DNA of 64,000 nucleotides, taken from contig NC_086108.1 of assembly GCF_963921235.1 (NCBI RefSeq), positions 49,168,001-49,232,000 on the forward strand. The letters run 5' to 3'. The position numbers and the translations under genes were made by a program. The DNA comes from Mobula hypostoma (taxonomy: Eukaryota). The notes under the pieces were generated by a model, which ran no database searches, had not been told where the DNA came from, and saw only the letters and a list, made by a program, of their open reading frames with translations. How positions within the stretch are numbered: the first letter of the stretch is position 1; every line of letters starts with the position of its first letter. Below, in pieces: positions 37,890 through 50,141 of this stretch.

Positions 37890-38535
37890 CACACAAGAAG
37901 ATAGAAGAAGAAATAGGCCACTTGGCATGTCAGCCTTCCCTGGTGTTCAGTCTAATTTTGGACGATCTCCACCAGGTCTTATTCTCCTCTGTGCCAGGTC
38001 CACGTATTATTCAATTCCTAATCTTTAAAAAATGTATTTACTCCCGTTGAAAATATCTCTAGTGATTTAGCCTCCACAATCTTTTAGGTTAGAGAATTCA
38101 AGTGATTCACAATCTTCTGAGAAGAAATTTTCTTCTTTTTGAATGACAACTCCCTTGCAATTATGGCCACTCATTAGAGGCATCACTACGAGTAGAAATG
38201 TCAGTATCTACCTTGCTGTTCTAGGATCTTACGTTTCAATAAGATTATCCCTCATACTACTAAATGGCAAAGAATACAGATGCAACCTTATTAACTGCTT
38301 TTGATAAGACATTCTTTTTAATCCCAGGATTTAGCCTGGTGAATCTCTTCTGGACTGCCTTCAGTAGCAGTATATCCTTTCACGAATGAAGGGACGAAAA
38401 TATTACACTGTACTCAAAGTAGGGCTTTGCCAGTTGTAATAGTGCTTCTAAACTCCAACCAATTATATGCATTCCTAATTATTTTCTGCATCTGCATGTT
38501 AACCTTTTATATTCCATGCATAGCAACACTCTGAT
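37890..38535 (-). mobile_element. Old CR1 3' fragment
   Basis: Degenerate reverse-complement similarity to the young CR1 at 16325-16972. Confidence 0.6.
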
Positions 38536-39269
38536 CCAAGTATAGCAACAGAAGGTCTCAGATTTATTTTAGTGGTGAAACTATTTAAAAATGAACATTA
38601 CTTACTTAAAAATGATATACTGTGAATGCGATTTTTCCTTGTGGCTAACTTTATTGATTGAAAATGCTTTTGGAGTGATGTGTGAAGATGTCGCTTGATG
38701 CATTGATTATCTCTTATCTGATATCAGTTTGAATGTCCATATTGAACACAGCTATTGAGGAAAGTGAAAAAGCAAATTAAACTAACACTAGTGTTTCAAT
38801 AATGATTACTCATTTTATTTTAAAAATATACTAGCCTTAATCAAAATTTCTTGCAAACAATAACAGAAAATGCTGGAAATACTCAACAAAGAAAAGGAAA
38901 AAAAACAGATGATTGATACAAACATCAAAACCAAGTTCTCTGCTGTTGTAGTATTCAGTATTAAGTCCAGAAGGCTCATTTTAGATTTGCAGCACCTGGA
39001 GTTGTTTTTTTTTTCATTCTCAACCTTTCACAAATATTGATAAAATAGGAGAAATCGAATCCAATGTTCTCCCTTTCTTTGCATGCAACCAAGACTTACA
39101 CCCTGAGCTGCCAGTGATGCTTGGCAAGTTTGTTTTGCAATTTAATGATTCCATAGGCCTTTGTTGTACAGGTTCTTTGAGAGATTAGTTTTTTTTATCA
39201 AACTATATAAGCAATCATTTTCAAATTTTGATAAGATCTGTGAATTAGAATCTCTGAAATAGAAAGAAT

Positions 39270-39966
39270 AAAGGCATAGACTTTTTTTCTAAATGGGAAG
39301 CAAATCCTGAAATTAGATGCAAAGGGACTGGGGAGTTTTCGTACAGGATTTCCTGAGGTTAACTTGCAGGTTGAGTCATCAGTAATGAAGGCAAATGCAA
39401 CGTTAGTATTCTTTTCGAGAGGACTAGAATATAAAAGTAAGGATGTAATGTTGAGGCTTTATAAAGCATTGGTCAGGCTGCACCTGGAGAATTGTGAGCA
39501 GCTTTGGGCCCCATATGTGTTGGCATTGGAGAGGGTCCAGTGAAGGTTCTTGTATGAAAGGGTTAATGTATGAGAAGCATATTATGGTTCTGGGCTTGTA
39601 CTCACTGTAGATTGGAAGAATGAGGAGACACCTCATTGAAACCTATTGAATATTGAAAGGCCTTGAGTGGATATGGAGAGGATATTTCCGGAAATGGGGC
39701 GTCTAGGACCAGAGGATACAGCCTTAGAACAGAGATGAGGAAGAATTTCTTTAGCATAGGGTGATGAATCTGTGGAATTCATTGCCTCAGACTGCTGTGC
39801 ATGTCAAGTCATTAGGTATATTTAAAGAGAGATTGATACGTTCTTGCATAGTAAAGAAGTCAAAGGTTATGGGGAGAAGGCTGAGAGGGATTATCAGTCA
39901 TGATGGAATGGCAGAGCAGACTCAATGGGGCAAATAGCATAATTCTGCTGCTATGTCTCATGGTCT
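39270..39966 (+). mobile_element. CR1 LINE 3' fragment
   Basis: RGLEYKSKDVMLRLYKALVRLHLE..QLWAP and a CR1 3'UTR tail. Confidence 0.82.
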
Positions 39967-41394
39967 AATTCTCTTTTGCCGTTCAAAGCTTCAAAGTAAA
40001 TTTCTTATCTAAGTGCATATGTATATATCACCATATTATAACCTCAGATTCATTTTCTTGTGGATGTCCACAGTAAATGCAATAGAATCAATGAAAAACT
40101 GCACTCAAGACTGACAAACAACCAACATGCAAAAGAGTCCCAACAAACTGTACAAGTACAAAAAGAAAGAAAATAAATAAGCAAACAATAAGTCTTGAGA
40201 ATGTGAGATGTAAGAGTCCTTGTAAGTGAGTCCATAGATTGTGGGAAAAATTGCAGTGTTGGGGTGAGTGAAGTTATCCCCTGTGGATCAAGAGCTTGAT
40301 CGTTGAGAGGTAGTAACTATTCCTGAACCTGGTGGTGTGGGTCCTGAGGCTCCTGCACCTCTTTGCTGATGGCAGAAAGGAGAAGCGAACATGGCTTGGG
40401 TGATGTGTGTGTTTGGGGGGGGGGGGTACTTGATGATTTCCTGCAACAGCACTCCATGTAGATGTGCTCAACAGAGGGAATTACTTGTAATGGACTGGGC
40501 TGTGTACACTACTTTTTGTAAGCTTTTCCATTCAAGGGCATTGGTGATTCCATACCATGCCATGACACAACAGTCAGTATACTCTTCACAGTGCATCTTT
40601 AGAAGTTTGTCAGATTTTTAGATGTCATGTTGAATGTTTGTACACTTCTTTTAAAAAAAAAAGTTGAGGCACCACCATGCTGCAGTAACGTGCTGGACCA
40701 GGGCAGATCCTACAAAAAATCAACACAGAGGAATTTAACATTGCTGAACCTCTCCACTTCTGATCTTCTGATGAGACTATCTCCATTTTCCTATTCCTGA
40801 AGTCAATATTCAGCTCTTTGGTTTTGCTGACATTTATTGGGAAGTTGTCATTGTGGCACCATTCAGTCAGATTTTCAATCTCCCTCCTATATGATGATTT
40901 GTCACTGCCTTTGTTTTGGCCAATGACAGCGGTGGTGTCAACAAATTTAAACATGGCATTCGAGCTGTGCTTAGCCTCACAGTTATAAGTGTAAAGCGAG
41001 TAGAGCAGGGGGCTAAGCACGCAGCCTTGTGGTGCACCTGTGCTGAGGGAGATTGTGAAAGAAATATTGTTGCCAATCCAAACTGACCTGAGTCTACAAG
41101 TGCAGAAATCAAGGGTCCAATTACCCAAGAAGGTATGGAGGCCTAGGTCTTAGACATTATTGATTAGTTTTGAGGGGATGATAGTATTGAATGCTGAGCT
41201 TTAGTCAATGAAAAGCTTCCTGATTTATGCATCTTCATTGTCCAGATGCTCCAGGATTGAGTGGAGAACCAGTGAAATGGCATCTGCCCTTGACCTGTTG
41301 CAATGGAAAGCAAACTGGGGCAGATCCAAGTCGCTCCTCAAGCAAGAGTTGATGCTTCATCACCAACCTCTCAAAACACTGCATCACATTAGGT

Positions 41395-42403
41395 GTAACA
41401 GGCTCAACAAACTAATTAGAAAGGCTGGCTCTGTTATAGGAGTCAAACTGGATACACTGGAGGCTGTGGTAGAACAAAGGACCCTATGAAAAATCCTGGC
41501 AATTCTGGACAATATTTCTTACCTTCTGCATGCCACCTTGGCTGAACAGAGGAGCACTTTAACTAGTAGACTAAGACAACTGAACCGCTCCAAAGAATGC
41601 TATAGGAGGTTGTTCTTGCCCTCAGCCATTAGGCTCTGTAATGAGTCAACCTGTAGTCGGGGAAATGATGACCATCTCCTGTTAGGCTGTTTGTGGTAAA
41701 TCATTTTTCATTCTTTCTATATTTCCTAATATAACATATCGATGCAGTTATAAAGAAGGCAAGGCAATGGCTATACTTCATTAGGAGTTTGAAGTATAGC
41801 CATTGTCTTGTCTTCTTTATAACTGTATGTCAACAAATACACTCAAAAACTTATACACTTGTACCATGGAGAGCATTCTGACAGGCTGCATCACTGTCTG
41901 GTATGGGGGTGCTACTGCACAGGACCAAAAGCTGCTACAGAGGGTTGTAAATTTAGCCAGCTTCATCTTACAAAGTACCCAGGACATCTTTAGGGAGCGG
42001 TGTCTCAGAAAGGCAGCGTCCATTATTAAGGACCTCCAGCACCCAGGGCATGCCCTTTTCTCACTGTTACCAGCAGGTAGGAGGTACAGAAGCCTGAAGG
42101 CACACACTCAGTGATTCAGGAACAGCTTCTTCCCCTCTCCCATCTGATTCCTAAATGGACATTGAACCCTTGGACACTACCTCACTTTTTTAAAATATAT
42201 AGTATTTCTGGTTTTTAATCTATTCAATATACATATACTGTAACTGATTTTTTATTATTATTTTTGTGCTTTTTTTCTATAGTATGTATTACATTGAACT
42301 ACTGCTGCTGAGTTAACACATTTCATGTCACATGCTGATTCTGATTCATATCCGTGCACTTGTAGTATTGCTGTGACACTGTAATTTCCTTTGGGATCAA
42401 TAA
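41395..42403 (+). mobile_element. Rex1-type 3' fragment (second family), nested and itself split
   Basis: NRLNKLIRKAGSVIGVKLDTLEAVVEQRTL..HATLAEQRS..FLPSAIRL. Its 3'UTR resumes at ~42348 and ends tttcctttgggatcaataaa. Confidence 0.75.
41733..42347 (+). mobile_element. Rex1-type 3' fragment (innermost insertion)
   Basis: ORF 41803-42114 (ESILTGCITVWYG..KDLQHPGHALFSLLPAGRRYRSLK) with a gattctgattc tail. Confidence 0.82.
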
Positions 42404-42845
42404 AATAAATGCTAGTGGACGATGGTCTTTGAGGCAGGTTACCACCTTCTACTTGGGCACTGGTATAATTGAAGTTGTTTGTAGCTGGTGGGTACCTCAT
42501 ACTGCCAAAGCGACAGGTTAAGGACATCAGTGAACACTGCAGCCAGTTGATCAGCACAGGGTCTTCAGTACTTGGCTAGGTACACTCTGTGGATCAGATG
42601 CTTTCTGTGGGTTCACCCTCCTGAAGAATGATCTCGTGTCAGCTTTAGAGACTGAAATCACAGGGATGTCAGGGGCTGTGGGTATTTGTAAAGGTGCCTC
42701 CGTGTTTTGTCAGTCAAATCAAGCATAAAAGGCATTGAGATCATCTGTGAGTGAAACCTTGTTGTCATATATGTCACTTACTTTTACTTGGTAAGGAGGT
42801 GATAACATTCAAGCCGTGCCACAGCTGTTGAGGAGCCTTCTGTGG

Positions 42846-42977
42846 TTCCTGCCGAAAGGTTTCGGCCTGAAACATTGACTGTACTTTTTTCCATAGATGC
42901 TGCCTGGCCTGCTGAGTTCCTCCAGCATTTTGTGTGTGTTGCTCGGATTTCCAGTGTCTGTAGATTTTCTCTTGTTT
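42846..42977 (+). mobile_element. Penelope-like terminus with degenerate hammerhead motif
   Basis: cctgccgaaaggtttcggcctgaaacattgactgtac..gctgagttcctccagcattttgtgtgtgttgc..ttttctcttgttt. Confidence 0.7.
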
Positions 42978-43438
42978 CCGTGATTCCAATTTGGTCCAGA
43001 ACTGCCACTTTGCATGTAAGATGGCTTTAAAAGTTCAAAGTAAATTTATTATCAAAATACATTTGTATCGCCATATTGTGCTCTGAGATTCATTTTTCTT
43101 GCAGGCACTCATAGTAAATGAAAAAAAACATAATGGAATCAATGAAAAATGCACATGGCAGACTTAAAAGGAAGTTAAAGGCTACAGATTGCAGTGATAG
43201 TAGTTCAGAAGTGTATTTAGTAGAAGTTTTGTAAACTGCTGCAAAATGTTGCCGTGTTTCACTTTTCGGTGGTCATATCTGGACTTCTTGTATCTTACTT
43301 GGTCGTCAGACCTGAATGCTACTGATCTGGCCCTTAGCAGATTGCAGATCTCTAGGTTCACCCAGGGCTTCTGGCTAGGGAAGACGCTCAGTGATTTTTG
43401 GGGACACTCTCCTTCGTGAGTAACTGAATGAAGTCTGT

Positions 43439-43575
43439 AAACACAAGGGATTCTGCAGATGCTGGATGTCCGGAGCAACACACAGAAGATGCTGGAGGAA
43501 GTCAGCAGGTCAGGTAGCATCAATGGAAGTGAATAAACAGTCAACATTTCGGGCTGAGACCTTCCTTCAGGACTG
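43439..43575 (-). mobile_element. Penelope-like terminus with hammerhead-like motif, inserted in Rex1
   Basis: Minus strand of 43538-43575 reads CAGTC-CTGAAGG-AAGGTCTCAGCCC-GAAAT-GTT-GACTG. Confidence 0.7.
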
Positions 43576-46221
43576 TTTAATGTCTGTGACAACTGTGGCA
43601 TATTTGTTCAGATCCTCTGGGTCCTTGAATACGGCCCAGTCCACTGACTGGAAGCAGTCGCAAAAGCAGTCTTCTGCTTTTTGTGACCACCACTTTGTTG
43701 TCTTTACTGCTGGAGTCTTGCTCTTTAGCCTCTGCTTGTATTCACATAGGAGGAGGACAACCAGATGATTTGATTTCCTGAAGTGCGGTCTAGGGATGGA
43801 ACAGTAGATATTCCTTATAGTAGTATAGCAGTGGTCGAGTGTGTTGGAACCCCTGGTGCTACAAGTGACATGTTGATGATAATTGAGCGGAGATTTCTTC
43901 AAACATGGTTGAAATCCCTGGCAATGATTTGAAAGGTGTTGGGGTGGGCTGTTTCTTGTTTGCTCATTGTGGTGCTCAGTGCTCAAGTGCTTACTTAACG
44001 ACTTCCTTTGGTGATATGTAAACTGATGTCAGGATCATGAAGGAAAGCTCTGGGTAGGTAGAACGGATTGCATTTAATATCATCAGATGTTATTTAGCTA
44101 TTTAATTGGAGTTATAACTATACATGTATTTGATAACGTGAAAAATATGTTGCAAATTTTTGATAATTTAAAAAAAAGATTTGGTTCATGTTTAAGTATC
44201 GCCAGAAGAGCAAAATCTGCACTGGGTACTTTTAGTTGATATAGAGCAAGGAGACTGATGATTCTTCCAAAGTTAAAGTTTTACATGAAAACGGCCATTT
44301 TGAAGTGTAAATTCTATTATTTATTAAAAGGAAGGTAACAGGTGCTCCATTGTAAGGTAATTGATTTGGAGTCAAAACAATAAACATAATTTCTTCATTT
44401 CTAATTTGCAAACTATCTAAAGTTTTCATTGCGTCCTATTAACAGTCTGTGATAATAAACCCTGTGATTGATGATTCATTGCCCTGAAATGTTAACATTG
44501 TTTTTTATTCCATAAACGCAGCCAGATATGTTCTTCATCTCTTGTTTTTATTTTATTTTTGATTTTCATCATCCTTTGCACTTTTTTCTAATTCCTAAGT
44601 GTCAAATTAACTGTAAATAATTGTGAATCATAATTAAGCTAGATGCATCTTTTTTGTCAATTTGTTAATATATCAAAAAATAATTCTGTATTTTGAAACA
44701 ACTTCCGGAATTTATTTGTTTTCAGTAGTCAGATTTCCTTTGCCAATTTCTAAAAGTAATTTATAAGGCAAAACAACATTTCCCAATTGGCAATGTAAGT
44801 TAGCTTTCATATCCATAACAGTATGCCAGTTAGATCAATGCTTTGGTTTTTGTTTTGGACAACACTTTGGGTATTGAACATCTGTTTATTATCACCTAAT
44901 TATTTGTTTTGGTTCAAAGGAGGATGTCTATATGATATCCACTGGTTGTTTTGGGAAGTGAAGGTCTGTACTCAAGAGATTGATTATGATGTAATGTTTT
45001 CAGTGCTATTGTAGTACTTTTATCAGAATGGTGCAGCATTTCCTAAAGTACCGGGGAATGTATTGAGGAAATGTGCTTATGATGTAACTTCTGTAGACCT
45101 CATGGGATATTATTGTAAGTTTATTAATTGAGTTCCATCACTTAGGAGTTGGGAGCATTTGAATTAGCAGTTATTTTGACTTGGGGAATTTGGCTTGACA
45201 TTTACTACTTTTTCCCCACTGGAGGGCTGCAATATGCTTTGATAGAAAATAAGTTTGAGGAATCTCACTTGTGTTGGGCTTTTGTTTTGCAACAATGCAG
45301 GAATTGAAGGGATGAAGAAATTTGAGTGGGAGTAAGATTGAGAAGTAAATTGACTGGCAACTGACAGCTCTGAGAAGCTTTTGCAGATGTAACAATGATA
45401 TGGAAAAGATGGTATAGTTTTAATATGTTTCATAAAACTTTGGTTCTTGCTTAGATATTCCTGACTGCAAACTTCTTACCTGTTAAATTTTTTATCTTTC
45501 TTGTTCTGATGATGAGGTTTACACCCTTAAGACTACTTCAGTATGTAACACTGCATCTATCATTTCATCTGTATATTCAAGTAATATAAAATTGAGCTAT
45601 TTACTTTTCTTTGCTCTCCCGATGTTTATTATCTTGACCATGTTGTGGATTGGATGTAATTTACTCCTTATTTTTTTTCCCTGCACAACAGTGAAGGTTG
45701 AAAAGCCCATTGAATTGGGAAATCTTGATTAGGTTATGCTGAGCTTAAAATTTGAAAGGCTTATTAAGGCTAATAGAGGTAATAAATACCATGGTTTAGG
45801 GAACCTGGTAAAGTTATGGACACGCCATGAAGTTTTGATTTCAGTGTGATGAAGGAGTACTGGATAAGTGCAATTGAATTATACAAGCTAAAAAAAGTTA
45901 GAAAAACTTAAAAGGATCACTGTTGATTGTAACATGAAATAGGTCTGCAGTGGAGGCAACTTTCATGCAGCAAATCAGTGAAGGGCTATGTATAAGACAG
46001 CAACCCTTGTAAATTGTCTAGGAGAGTGAGATTTGCTCGAAGAGTGTCTCAAGATAAAAGGCCAGCATCTGTTATAGTACTCCTCCCATTTTCATTCTCA
46101 TCAGTGGAAATATTTGCAGCAATGATGTTGCTAAAGAAACTAGATTTTGTCTTAAAGGGGTTGTATGGTAGTAATCACATCATTGGCAATTTTGGCTAGA
46201 GGTGTTATAATTAGATGCTAA

Positions 46222-47703
46222 TTTCAAAGTTAAGTTTATTATCAGAATACATATCACCATATACAGCGCTGAGATTCATTTTCTTGCATGCAGTGACAGT
46301 AAATATAAGAAACACAATAGAATCAATAAAAGACTGCACCCAACAAGATGGACAACAACCAATATGCAAAAAAAAAATCAATCAATTGTACAAATGTAAA
46401 AAGAAACAGAAAAAAATAAGCAATAAGTATTGAGAATGCAAGATGAAGAGTGCTTGAAAGTGGGTCCATAGATTGTGGGAACAGTTCAATGGTAGGATGA
46501 GTGAAGTTATTCCCTCTAGTTCAAAAGCCTGATGGTTGAGGGGTAATAACTGTTCCAAAACCTGGTAGTGCAGGTCCTGAGGCTCCTGTAACAACTTGAT
46601 GGCAGCAGAGAAAGATGAGTATGGCCTGGAAGGTGGAGGTCCCTGATGATGGATGCTGCTCTCGTGCGACAGCACTCCATGTAGATGCGCTCAAAGATGC
46701 TGTATCCGGCACATTTTTTTGGCTTTTCTGTGCAAGAGCATTAGTGTTTCCATGCCAGGCTGAGATGCAACCAGTCAGTATACTCTCCAGCACATGTCTA
46801 GAAATTCGTTGAAGTTTTAAATGACATGCCGAATGGTGTGATCGTCAAATTTATATATGGCATTGGAGCTGTGCTTCGTGGTAGTCAATGAAGAGCATCC
46901 TGAGATGCATCTTCACTGTCCAGATGTTCTAGAGTTGAGTGAGGAGTCAATGAAATGGCAACTGCTTTTGACCTGTTGTGACAGTAGGCAAATTGGAGTG
47001 GATCCAAGTCACTTGTCAGGCAGGATATGATATATTTCATCACCAATCTCTCAAAACGCTTCAACAGAGTGGATGTAAATGCTACTGAATGATAGTCATT
47101 GAGTCAGGTTTCCACGTTCTTCTTAGGCTCTGGTATAATTGAAGCCCACTTGATGCAGGTGATACCTCAGACTGCTGAAGTGAAAGGTTAAAGATATTGA
47201 TCCAGTTGATCAGCACGGGTTTTAGTACTCTGTCAGGTACCCCTTCTGGGTGGATGCTTTCAGTGGGCTCACCCTTCTGAAGGATGCTCTCAAGTTGGCC
47301 TCAGAGACTGAAGTCACAGGGTCATCAGGACTATGTGCATGTGAATGTGCATCCATGTTTTGATGGTTAAAGCAAGCATAAAAGACATTCTAATCTGAGA
47401 GCAAAGCCTTGTTACCTATGTCACTTGGTTTCACTTTGTAGGAGGTGATAGCATTCAAGCCCTGCCACAGCTGTCAAGCATCTTTCAGTGATCACAATTT
47501 GGTCCAGGATTGTAACTTCGCAAGATGGCTTTCTGGAGATCATTCCTTGACCTCTTGTATGGAACTTGGTTGGCAGACCTGATTGGCACTGATCTGGTCC
47601 TGGCGCTCAGCAGATTGTGGATCTCATGGTTCATCCAGGGCTTCTGAGTGGGGAAGACTGAATGATTTTGTGGGACAGACTCATCTATGACTTTTTTTAT
47701 AAA
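46222..47703 (-). mobile_element. Rex1/Babar-type LINE fragment with internal deletions
   Basis: ORFs 46521-46793 (LESILTGCISAWHGN) and 46382-46675; colinear similarity to 39983-43420. Confidence 0.8.
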
Positions 47704-48205
47704 GCAAGTATTGAAAGAACAAGTTCAGAGAAGGAAGAGGTTTAATTGGCAAGAGCAGTGATCACACTGTTTTTTAAGAGGTGAAGTATTATTGCCCTGT
47801 AGGTTCAGAGAAATATGAAGTGGTGGAAGAAACATATCTGCAATAACATTGAATTCTGTTTCTGAGTTTCCCTTATAAAGGAAAGAAAAATCTAAACATT
47901 GGATTTGCCAGTTGGCTGCTAACCTTGGCTGCTAGGCATGAAAGTGGTTTGGAGAATTTGGAAAACACGGTAGGGATTTGAGTTTTTGTTGGTGGGGATC
48001 AGGAGGATTTGAAGTAGTAGGGGAGATGTGGGCCGTTTACAAAGTAACAATAAAGAGCTTTTAGTTGTTTTAATCCAAAGGATAAAGGTATTTTTTCCTA
48101 TCCTATTTTAGGCTCTTCAACTTGTTTCTAAGTAAAATGAAATCTTAGTAAATTACCTGGAATGAGTAATTTGGTTTGTAACCATCAAGGATTTGTGCTA
48201 TAAAG

Positions 48206-49442
48206 CAGTGGTCCCCAACCACCAGACTGCGAGGAAACAATATGAAATGAAATGAGTCAGCTGCTCCTTTGCTCATTCCCTGTCATGCCCACTGTTGAAT
48301 TTGAACGCAGGTGAGGTCATTACACATGCGAGGTCATCAGTCGGTCATTAACCTACAACTACTCAATGAGTAAAAAAAATGTCACTTGAGAGTTTCTTTG
48401 AAAGAGGTGGTAGGGGACATAAAAGGCCTAACGATGATGATAACGCAGAGACAGCTGAGGCTGAGACTGCAAAAAAAAAGCTTCCTTCAAAAGAAAATAC
48501 GGCGAGTCGTACTTAAAATATGGCTTTATTGTGACCAGTGACTTGCACGCTCCAAGCCCCCTGTGTGTGATATGTGGAGACAAGCTGTCTAATGAGGCAG
48601 TGAAGCCCTCAAAACTGCTTTAGCACCTTGAGTCCAAGAACCCTGCACTTAAAGACAAACCCGTTGAGTTTTTTGAGCGGAAAAAACATGAGCAAGCGGG
48701 ACAGAAGCAAGTGCTGAGAGCCACCACCTCCACAAATGCTGCTGCTCTGAGAGCGTCGTACTTAGTGGCTAGCCCCTCAGGTGGCTATCAAGGGGGAGAG
48801 CCCTGGCCAGGGTTTTTGAGTTAAGAGAGCCGCTACAGAGATTTCTTTCAGGAAAAAAGTCACCACTGGCAACACACTTCAGTGACGAGGAGAGGATTGC
48901 AAAACTCGCTTATCTGTGTGACATCTTCAACCTGCTTAGTGAACTCAATTTGTCACTTCAGGGGAGAATGGCAACTGTCTTCAAGTTGGCAGATAAAGTG
49001 TCTGCTTTCAAAGCCAAACTGAAACTGTGGGGACGGTGAGTGGACAGGGGCATATTTGACATGTTCCCAACATTGGCTGGGATTTTGGGAGAGATTGAGG
49101 CTGCACCGTCCTTCTCACAGCTGGTGTGCAATCACCTATCTTCGCTGTTGACAGAATTCGAGCGTTACTTCCCAACCGCAAATGACCCAAGACGTGCAAA
49201 GGAATAGGTCCGTGACCCACTTGTGAATGTCCCCAGTGAATCATCCATGTCAGCGCGGGAAGAAGATCAACTCCTCGAGTTTACAAATGATGGTGGGCTG
49301 AAAAGTATGTTTGACATAACATCTCTGCTGGCATTCTGGATCAAAGTCAAGGCTGAATATCCTGAGATAGCCACGAAAGCACTGAAAACATTGCTTCCAT
49401 TTCCAACATCATATCTCAATATCATAAGGTTGGGGACCCCTG
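48206..49442 (+). mobile_element. Internally deleted hAT transposon, Charlie/Buster (ZBED5-like) group, 1237 bp
   Basis: TIRs CAGTGGTCCCCAACC / GGTTGGGGACCCCTG (14/15 match). Transposase remnants: RKY.ESYLKYGF..PLCVICGDKLSNEAVKPSKL (BED finger), RWLSRGRALARVFELR..LAYLCDIF, and FWIKVKAEYPEIATKALKTLLPFPTSYL (hAT dimerisation domain). Confidence 0.9.
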
Positions 49443-49519
49443 CAAAGTGCAGTTTGCAGTTCTCCAATGTCATTGCATTTGTTTTTGTTTAATTTCAATG
49501 TGTATGGTTAAAATTATTA

Positions 49520-50080
49520 TTTTTTTTAGATTATGAGGACACGCAGTCCTGTTTTATTGTCATTTAGTAATGCATGCATTAAGAAATGATACAATATTCC
49601 TCCGGTGTAATATCACAGAAACACAGGACAGACCAAGACTGAAAAACTAACAAAAACCACATAATTATAACATATAGTTACAACAGTGCAACAATACCAT
49701 AACTTGATGACGAACAGGCCATGGCACAGTAAAAAAGTTCAAAGTCTCTCGAAAGTCCCACATCTCACGCAGACGGGAGAAGGAAGAAAACACTCCCTGC
49801 CATGCCCGACCACAGTCCGACTCTGAGTTGTCCGAAAACTTCGAGCTCCGATCAGCTCTCTGACACCGAGTACCGAGCACCATCTCTGTCGAATGCTTTG
49901 ACCTCAGCCTCGGTCGCCAGCAGCAGGCAAAGCCAGGGATTTTGGGGCTTTCCCTCTGGAGATTCTCAATCACACAGTAGCAGCGGCAGCGAACTGGGCA
50001 TTTCAGAAATTTCTCCAGATGTTCCTCTGTGCTTCTCACGTCTGTCTCCATCAAATCAGAATTGTCCATGGCCCCTATTT
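49520..50080. repeat. Unclassified CpG-rich interspersed repeat
   Basis: Abrupt CpG-rich segment beginning with a T-run and ..ttttattgtcattt.. (resembling a reverse-strand retroelement tail). No recognisable ORF. Confidence 0.4.
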
Positions 50081-50141
50081 ATCTATAAATGTTAGTTATT
50101 TTGGTAGATTAATGGTTTAACTTGTTTGTTAGTGGTATATA

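Larger units (their letters stand above)
39983..44040 (-). mobile_element. Long decayed Rex1/Babar-type LINE carrying nested insertions
   Basis: RT motifs in ORF 40625-41128 (STGAPQGCVLSPLLYSLYT..KFVDTT), endonuclease end in ORF 43567-43986 (TCSTRGSNTLDHCYT..KSNHLVVLL) and C-terminus near 40274-40471. Confidence 0.8.
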
